A stretch of DNA of 64,000 nucleotides from an uncultured virus (IMG/VR IMGVR_UViG_2788500181_000007). Its lineage: Duplodnaviria; Heunggongvirae; Uroviricota; Caudoviricetes. This document shows positions 57,677 to 64,000 of the stretch, piece by piece. The notes below the pieces were generated by a model, which saw only the letters and a list, made by a program, of their open reading frames with translations, had not been told where the DNA came from and made no database searches. The position numbers and the translations under genes were made by a program. The DNA lies in IMG/VR virus record IMGVR_UViG_2788500181_000007. One strand, given 5' to 3'. Every line of letters starts with the position of its first letter. Position 1 is the stretch's first letter.

Positions 57677-58047
57677 TTAGGAGCCTCCTGTTGTTCATTC
57701 TTAGCAGGGTTGTCCGCCAAACGGTTCGCGTGAATAACGACCTCAAGGCCGTTATCGTCTTTACCTATAATAATATCACCGTCTTCCAGTTCGGCAGTAT
57801 TCGGGTCGTTTATCCATGGCTGGAGACGAGCGACAAATGCGGAGATTGGATCTACACCCCACTCTAGTCCCGCGTACCAAGCGTCGGAATCTAGCCAATG
57901 AACATTAGGTCGACGATCGTTTTGGTTCTTCATAACGTCCAGGCCCGCATTGTTGACATCTTCGGGTGCGGATATGCTCGACCATGTAGGACCTCCCGTA
58001 GGTGTGGGCTTGGGGACGGGCGCGAATTGAGAGGGTTCGTAACTCAT
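57673..58047 (-). CDS. Hypothetical protein
   Basis: Coupled ORF in the tail block. Confidence 0.6.
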   Translation of the reverse strand: MSYEPSQFAPVPKPTPTGGPTWSSISAPEDVNNAGLDVMKNQNDRRPNVHWLDSDAWYAGLEWGVDPISAFVARLQPWINDPNTAELEDGDIIIGKDDNGLEVVIHANRLADNPAKNEQQEAPK

Positions 58048-61000
58048 TAAACGGACTGCGCTAGTTGCGTAAGGGTGTTTTTATATATCGTGCCGTTCTT
58101 ACACTCCAATATGGGTGCCGAGGTGAACCCAAGTACGGCACCGACTTGGGGCATTGAATTATTTCCGCTTGTACTGACCTGGGCGTAGTCAACAGCTTTA
58201 CCCTGGAACGAGGTCATCTGATTCGCGAAGCTAGCTCCCGAGTAGTACTCGTATATGGAATTTGGCCCTCCCCCCTCCTGATGAACAGGAGTTGCGTCGT
58301 CTACAAAACTTACATGCAGACTGACCTCGCAACTCGGGGGCGTGTAGGTAGAACTGCCCGCACTGTTGGTTGTTGAGTAGCTTATACCTATGTTCACAGC
58401 AACCTCGCGAGTGTACCCTCTTTTTACAGTAATACCGTTGTCCCCTACTCCATATACCGTAGGCACGCCAAAGCTAGTTGAGCCTTCAAGGTTGTATGAT
58501 AGTGGAGCTACCGCAGCTGTAACCGTGGTGTATCTTTGGATTCCGTATTGATCGATGGATTCATCTTCAGAAACAGTGAACCCAGGACCGTAGATGGGGG
58601 CGCCGAGGCTCTGCACCTTGGTTAATGTATATCCAGCTTTTTCCACCGTGGATCTGGCAATCTCTACAGAGTTGCCCGTGAAGTCGGGCTGGTAGGATAC
58701 TGTTGTTTTCTTGTATATCCCAGGGGCAAGGTGGTCGTACGAAGCGTACAGCCCCGCTCCAGGATCGGCGGTACCTTGGCCTTCTTCTACCGTTGTGGTG
58801 GTTATCTTCTTAACGTAGGCGGCACCCGGCATATAGGAGGCTTCTCCGAAAGTAGCGTCGGGTTCAACGTTGATCTCTTCGCCAATAAAATGGTCGGAGT
58901 CGATGTACCTTTTTGACCCTCCGATTTCCCCCGTTGACCAATCGTTGTTGTCCAACGAACTAGTGGTCTCGATAATTAAACCGCTACTAATTCTTTTGCT
59001 CTCATCCTCGGTGGTCGGGCTGTTTGGAACTTTTAACGAGTACGTAACCTTAGTGTATCCGCTCTCTTCCGAGGTAGATACGTCGACAGCGTTGGCTGGT
59101 GCGGAACCGCCCAACTGAACATAGGTTTGGGTCGTGAATAAAGCTGATTCTTTGGAGGCCACCAAAATCTGACCAGCACCCGATGCAAATACCTTAGTAA
59201 TTGCGGGGTAGATCTGATAACTGTGATTGCGCTCGGATATAAGGACCATCCCTGCCGGAGTATTGGCGGCGTCCCAAGTTGATCCTAGTTGGGTGCGGGT
59301 AAGTATCGTTAGTGCTCCGTTGTGCTTCTCATCTATTTTTTCGTCAACGACACCACTCAAGTGGGTGGTTACGGTTACAGAAACAATTTCGTAACCGTCC
59401 TTTTGGTCTACNTTTCTGGACAGTTCATTTGCCCCTAGTGCAGTGCCTAAAGTGGTCCCGTTTGGTTTTATGTGAACCTGCTCACTAACTTCGGTAAGGC
59501 CGACCTTTTTGGTAGATTCTCCGATCAGACCGGTACCCCGCACAATCGTGACCCTGAAAATATCAAACTCGCCTTTAGTGTCTTCGGCTTCTGCGATTAT
59601 TACGAAACTACCTAAGGCGGTATACGGGTCTCCTGAGGGGTAGACGAAATCTACAACNTTTTGTATAGAGGACGCCTGNCCGTATGACACGGATTGGATG
59701 AGTTCAAGTTTATGACTACCCTCATCACCATGCTTGTAGGACACTTGAGCATCGACCACTCCGGTAGCATTGGAAACATCAACCCCCCGAATGGTGTGTA
59801 GGTCATAACCATCCTTTTTATCCACGCCCGCAAAGGTCTGTCTCGTAAAGTTCGGAATCGCACTTGTAGGAACTGCGCCACCCTCCGCAGTTAAATACTG
59901 TATGGTTTTGACTTCGACCGTATTGGGAGGCTTGCCTTTGACTTCACTTTTATCGGAGATCAAACCATTCCCGCGAACGAGGGTGTTTTTGAAGACATCA
60001 AACTCACCTTTTGTGTCTTCTGACTCCGAAATTATGACAAAGTTACCAAGTGAGGTATNAGGATCTCCACTGGGGTATACAAAATCGATAACGTTTTGAA
60101 TAGTGGCCGCTTGCCCATACGAAATCGACTGGATAATTTCCAGTTTATGGCTACCTTCATGCCCGTGCTTGTAGGCGACTTGCGCATCTACTATGCCCGT
60201 AGCGTTAGAAACATCAACTCCTCGGATAGTGTGTAGTTCGTACCCGTCCTTCTCCTCGATACTTCTAAAGGTTTCGCGTGTGAAGTTGGGGATTGCGCTT
60301 GTGGGAACTGTTCCGTTTTCCCCAGTCAAGAATTGGACGGTTTTTACTTCGACGGTGTTAGGTGGCTTGCCTTTAACTTCGCTCTTCTCGGAAATTTTCC
60401 CGTATCCTTTGGCATACTTAACGGTGTATATCGTTTTGCCTATTTGCCCGTAGTCAGAATTACCGGGGCCTTCACTGCTCTCGATCTCAAACCAAGGCCC
60501 TGTGCCCGGACCTTCGCTACTGGGAGGGAGTGCAGGCTTAGCAACCCCGCGCAGAGTGCGAACCTCTAACTTGTGATTAGGGTTCTGTCCGTAGCGGTAG
60601 TCGACTTTTGCAGAGAGTACACCGTCTTCATAGTACACTTCGATAAATTCGGTATACACTTCGGTAGCTTTGGACTGCACCTGACCCAGGATACACTCCG
60701 CACCATTAGCCGTTCCGTCGTCAACTGTAATAGAATCTACGCCCACTCTACCACTTGCGTAATGGGCGACATAGGGGTTTTTTACGATAAAAGTCCTTTT
60801 GACACTTACCCGATCTTCCCCGCTTACGGCAATTACGTCCCCTCCAATTTGCACGGGGTCGCTACTTGCATCTAGCTCTTGGTATACCCGGGTGAGTTTA
60901 AACTCGTTAACCGTTTGCCCGGGTTCAACTTGTTGTGCGACTAGGTACGCACCGGTTGTTTGAGTTCCTAAATCCTTTAAATCCTGCTGCGTAGTAGCGT

Positions 61001-61160
61001 CGTATTCTACGTCAGGAGTACCGAAGGGTAAGAAGACTTCCGCTTCGATCGTGCTCTTATCGGATGCGTCCCCNTGGCCTACGTAAGTTCGAGTAATCTT
61101 CCGAAGCCCGTTCGGATCCCGCTCGATTTTGGGTCGACCCGTTATCCTTAACTTGCTCAT
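58047..61160 (-). CDS. Large beta-rich tail protein with a 145-aa tandem duplication
   Basis: 1037 aa; GKPPNTVEVKT...SHKLE...TKGEFD occurs twice, 435 bp apart. Confidence 0.65.
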   Translation of the reverse strand: MSKLRITGRPKIERDPNGLRKITRTYVGXGDASDKSTIEAEVFLPFGTPDVEYDATTQQDLKDLGTQTTGAYLVAQQVEPGQTVNEFKLTRVYQELDASSDPVQIGGDVIAVSGEDRVSVKRTFIVKNPYVAHYASGRVGVDSITVDDGTANGAECILGQVQSKATEVYTEFIEVYYEDGVLSAKVDYRYGQNPNHKLEVRTLRGVAKPALPPSSEGPGTGPWFEIESSEGPGNSDYGQIGKTIYTVKYAKGYGKISEKSEVKGKPPNTVEVKTVQFLTGENGTVPTSAIPNFTRETFRSIEEKDGYELHTIRGVDVSNATGIVDAQVAYKHGHEGSHKLEIIQSISYGQAATIQNVIDFVYPSGDPXTSLGNFVIISESEDTKGEFDVFKNTLVRGNGLISDKSEVKGKPPNTVEVKTIQYLTAEGGAVPTSAIPNFTRQTFAGVDKKDGYDLHTIRGVDVSNATGVVDAQVSYKHGDEGSHKLELIQSVSYXQASSIQXVVDFVYPSGDPYTALGSFVIIAEAEDTKGEFDIFRVTIVRGTGLIGESTKKVGLTEVSEQVHIKPNGTTLGTALGANELSRXVDQKDGYEIVSVTVTTHLSGVVDEKIDEKHNGALTILTRTQLGSTWDAANTPAGMVLISERNHSYQIYPAITKVFASGAGQILVASKESALFTTQTYVQLGGSAPANAVDVSTSEESGYTKVTYSLKVPNSPTTEDESKRISSGLIIETTSSLDNNDWSTGEIGGSKRYIDSDHFIGEEINVEPDATFGEASYMPGAAYVKKITTTTVEEGQGTADPGAGLYASYDHLAPGIYKKTTVSYQPDFTGNSVEIARSTVEKAGYTLTKVQSLGAPIYGPGFTVSEDESIDQYGIQRYTTVTAAVAPLSYNLEGSTSFGVPTVYGVGDNGITVKRGYTREVAVNIGISYSTTNSAGSSTYTPPSCEVSLHVSFVDDATPVHQEGGGPNSIYEYYSGASFANQMTSFQGKAVDYAQVSTSGNNSMPQVGAVLGFTSAPILECKNGTIYKNTLTQLAQSV

Positions 61161-61163
61161 AGA

Positions 61164-61913
61164 TTACCAGCCTCCTCGTTTGACCATCCTAAGAGAACCC
61201 CTTTGCTTTTGCGCGGAGGCAAGGGTAGATAACCTTCTCCTGGCAGACTCGGCAGCCCGAACCAGAAGTTCTTTGTTTTGGCCATTGTATCTCGGGTCGG
61301 ATAAAAGTTTCTCCTGCGCGATAGGGAAGAGGATGTCCCAGACAACTTCGCCCGGTAGTCGAGGCTCGTCCGTGTCCGCAGATAACTCCGACGGTATGAT
61401 GTTCGCGCGAATATTAACTGTATATTCCTTATCTGGAATGGGGTATACGAATAGCCTAGGATCGACAGCTGTATCGGTTCCGCTGTCTGAGGTATCTACA
61501 TAATACCACAAAGGAGTTCCATTTTCCTTGTCTTCCATATGGAAAGTTGGGAACCCTAAACCCTTATATCCAGGCGCTTTAAAATCTGCCGAGTGGTGGG
61601 CTCTCTGCCTTAACTCGTCTTCCGGACCAGCCATAGGGCTCAAAGGGCCCACTCCGACTAATTCCGGAATTTTGTCTACATCTATTACTTCGGGCCCCAG
61701 CGGTCTGGATTGGACTCCCTTTGCGAAGGTAAGTGTAAACTGTTTTGTCGCCCATTGCGGGCGTCTTCCGTCGATCGGAGTGTAGCATTCTCGATAGGCT
61801 TGGTTGACGTATATGCCTATGCGAGCTTGGTCTACAGGTGGAAGGTCTGCAACTCCGTCAGCTCCGAGCATTGTCGAGAGCTGATTCTTGATATCTAAGT
61901 AGTCAGCGGCCAT
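61164..61913 (-). CDS. Head-tail adaptor / tail tubular A-like protein
   Basis: IYVNQAYRE...GTPLWYY...LFVYPIPDKEYTV...DEPRLP. Confidence 0.7.
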   Translation of the reverse strand: MAADYLDIKNQLSTMLGADGVADLPPVDQARIGIYVNQAYRECYTPIDGRRPQWATKQFTLTFAKGVQSRPLGPEVIDVDKIPELVGVGPLSPMAGPEDELRQRAHHSADFKAPGYKGLGFPTFHMEDKENGTPLWYYVDTSDSGTDTAVDPRLFVYPIPDKEYTVNIRANIIPSELSADTDEPRLPGEVVWDILFPIAQEKLLSDPRYNGQNKELLVRAAESARRRLSTLASAQKQRGSLRMVKRGGW

Positions 61914-61919
61914 ACCCTT

Positions 61920-61955
61920 AAGCTAACCTAGTAAGGGCCAAAGGCCTACCGGTTG
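61920..61955 (-). promoter_or_regulatory. Putative late promoter: CAACCGGTAG-N20-TAGCTT, 6 nt before ATG 61913
   Basis: Same motif and spacing as the sites at 5.3, 22.2 and 28.7 kb. Confidence 0.6.
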
Positions 61956-61957
61956 CG

Positions 61958-62272
61958 TCAGACAACCTCAGCTACTTCTTTTTTACTCTTAGATGACCGC
62001 CTTTTTTTAGGGGCTGGCGCTTCTTCCTCCTCAGGAATATCGACCTCTTCAGCAGCGACCTCTTCTAACCATACGGAAAAGTAGAGGTGTTTGTACATCT
62101 TACCTTGAGTACGGAAGATGTCATCACATTCTTTTTGGGACTGCGGGAGGTAGGCGTAGTGCCTAATTTCCGGATCCCAAAGAAAGTTGTATGCCATACG
62201 GGATACGCCTTTTACACGAATATTTGGGGTGGTCCCCATTTGGTCTCTTTTTCCTAGTATGATTATTTTCAT
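61958..62272 (-). CDS. Hypothetical protein
   Basis: 104-aa ORF after the capsid gene. Confidence 0.65.
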   Translation of the reverse strand: MKIIILGKRDQMGTTPNIRVKGVSRMAYNFLWDPEIRHYAYLPQSQKECDDIFRTQGKMYKHLYFSVWLEEVAAEEVDIPEEEEAPAPKKRRSSKSKKEVAEVV

Positions 62273-62279
62273 GGTATTT

Positions 62280-62324
62280 AAAAAAGCTAAGACCCCTCCC
62301 CTGATGCCAAGGGAGGGGCCTAGC
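62280..62324 (-). terminator. Rho-independent terminator after the capsid gene
   Basis: GCTAGGCCCCTCCC...GGGAGGGGTCTTAGC plus T6. Confidence 0.8.
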
Positions 62325-62361
62325 GGATCAGTGCCGAAGCACTGGTGTGGTGGATGGGAAT

Positions 62362-63858
62362 TTAGTTAGCAAACGTAAATCCAGGTACTTGACGTACAAC
62401 TTCTACCATCTGAAGACCGGGGATGCGGCCACGAGTGTCGTTGCGAGTAGCCATTCCGTAAACGGATTGGATACCAACAGCGCTCAAGTGAGCTTCATTT
62501 CCGGAGTTGGCGAAATCGTCGTAGTGGAAGATTTGCTCGCCGAACACACTGCCCTTAGCGTAGTAGAGCGCATTGCGACCCATGGACAACGCGTATCCAA
62601 GAGGTGTACCGATCGCGTTGGCCTGTACGAATACAGAACCGGCTGCGAAGGTATCGTTGCTTTTTTGCGTACCTGCGGTGAAAGCACCGGAGAGGTCTAC
62701 GTGGGTTGGGCTTGTGATTTGGTGCATCGAGTTCGAGAAGGACGACTCTGTGTAGCTGTACAAGCGGAACTCGCCATTCGGATCGATTCCGAGGATGAAG
62801 AACGTGCCGGTTTCAGCAGCAGCGTCTACTCCTCCACCGCCGGGAACCCGGACAGTTGAACCGAGGAAGTTAGCCATGTAGTCACCGTCGTCAGTAGCGT
62901 CTCCGATGAAGGCGGCAGCGTCTATTGTGCTGAAGTTGGTGAATGTAGGCAACAACGGAGAACCTTGGCGTCCACGAGCGGAGTCGAGAATGACGTTGTG
63001 GTTAGCGATGATGTTGTTGTCCCACTTAGCGTAACTACCGGTGTAGAGCTTGTTGCTGTCGGAGCGAACGTCGGCTTGCGTGATGGCCTCGAGGTAATCG
63101 GGGTCGGAACGCAAAGGACGGAGACATGCGTCAGGAGCGAAGAACAAGTAACCAGGGATTTCCTGATTGAGATCTCCACCCGTGTTCATGGGCTCGCCGC
63201 CAAGAGCAATAAGAGCTTGCTTAGCTTCTTGAATGATGTCGGTTGACAGACCTTCGGAGTACTTGATAGCACCACCGGAACCGGTTCCGTATTCCTTGAT
63301 AAGGTTACGACCGTTAGCGGGGTTCAAGCAAGTTTGACGAAGAACGAACTGGAGGTGGTCCTGCTCGGTGCGGGCCATCCATTCGGTCATGACCTCAGCA
63401 GAAAGCTGGTCGATGGTCTTGCCAGTGAAGCGCATCAGCTTAAGGACTTGGGTCCAGGAGACAGCGTGACGAACGAGATCGATCTCTACCGCGAAGGTGT
63501 TGAAGTCGAGGTTGTCGGTGCTGTTCTTGAGGACTTCTTCCCCACGAACGCCTTGCCCACGGATAGGAGCAACGGTCGTGAAGATAACCCGATCGGAACC
63601 GCCGGCCTTGAGGTCGCGCTTCTCGGTTATGGGTTTGTCACTTCCTTCTCCGCCGATGAACTTTGCGAATACGTTTTTTTCCCGGGCGTCTCTCGTTACG
63701 AGTTCGGACCAGACTTTAGAACGCAATTCGCTCGATCCGTCTCCGTTAAGGAGGTCGGCGTACGAGGAGATGCGAGGACGAATTAGATCAACATTTTGAG
63801 CACCTGCGGTACTGGGATCTAAAGGACCAGGAGCAGATGGGAATTGTTTTTCAGCCAT
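62362..63858 (-). CDS. Major capsid protein (N4-gp56/DUF4043-like)
   Basis: KVWS...FAKFIG...ITEKRDLKAGGSDRVIF...GQGVRGEEVL...VEIDLVRHAV; followed by a terminator. Confidence 0.82.
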   Translation of the reverse strand: MAEKQFPSAPGPLDPSTAGAQNVDLIRPRISSYADLLNGDGSSELRSKVWSELVTRDAREKNVFAKFIGGEGSDKPITEKRDLKAGGSDRVIFTTVAPIRGQGVRGEEVLKNSTDNLDFNTFAVEIDLVRHAVSWTQVLKLMRFTGKTIDQLSAEVMTEWMARTEQDHLQFVLRQTCLNPANGRNLIKEYGTGSGGAIKYSEGLSTDIIQEAKQALIALGGEPMNTGGDLNQEIPGYLFFAPDACLRPLRSDPDYLEAITQADVRSDSNKLYTGSYAKWDNNIIANHNVILDSARGRQGSPLLPTFTNFSTIDAAAFIGDATDDGDYMANFLGSTVRVPGGGGVDAAAETGTFFILGIDPNGEFRLYSYTESSFSNSMHQITSPTHVDLSGAFTAGTQKSNDTFAAGSVFVQANAIGTPLGYALSMGRNALYYAKGSVFGEQIFHYDDFANSGNEAHLSAVGIQSVYGMATRNDTRGRIPGLQMVEVVRQVPGFTFAN

Positions 63859-63909
63859 TGTAAGTATGAGTTATATAGATATAGGATTGTTGAAATCCCC
63901 AATAACACA

Positions 63910-64000
63910 TTATCGATTTGGCGTGGCTCCTCCCGGAGCACCGAGTAATTTATACAAATCATCGGAGGAAAGCTGTGGAAGTGCCTGCGCCACACCGTCC
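63910..64000 (-). CDS. C-terminal end of the upstream gene (scaffold position)
   Basis: Open frame ...DGVAQALPQLSSDDLYKLLGAPGGATPNR* entering from the right edge. Confidence 0.5.
   Translation of the reverse strand, partial: DGVAQALPQLSSDDLYKLLGAPGGATPNR

Noticed and set aside
59540..60410. Diversity-generating retroelement TR/VR pair
   Set aside because: Both copies are in frame in one gene, differences are not adenine-specific, and no reverse transcriptase is seen

Overview
Most of the genome of a tailed dsDNA bacteriophage, apparently podovirus-like and probably temperate. No host genes are seen; the window looks circularly permuted and contains scattered Ns. Layout: (i) 1-28.7 kb, minus strand: tail fibres, portal, a ~4,200-aa polyvalent internal-virion protein broken by a probable sequencing frameshift, large and small terminase and candidate ejection proteins. 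(ii) 29.9-39.7 kb, minus strand: a strand-biased early block with rIIA, rIIB, two HhH DNA glycosylases, and Gp88-like, DUF932-like, WYL-like and ParB/DGQHR-like genes. (iii) 39.7-41.1 kb: a densely structured non-coding locus, a small HNH gene and an iteron-rich putative origin. (iv) 41.1-54.5 kb, plus strand: RHH and Xis-like regulators, RuvC, sigma-70 region-4 protein, SF2 helicase, Cas4-like nuclease, putative SSB, family A polymerase, dNMP kinase, primase-helicase and tyrosine integrase. (v) 54.5-64 kb, minus strand: tail proteins and an N4-gp56-like major capsid. The most striking unexplained signals are two tandem CCA-ending, tRNA-mimicking structured RNAs with kissing loops (~538 nt and 115 nt, 39.69-40.35 kb) and a palindromic CAACCGGTTG-N20-(-10) late-promoter motif, mostly ahead of leaderless genes. 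All calls come from reading motifs by eye; no searches or folding programs were run.
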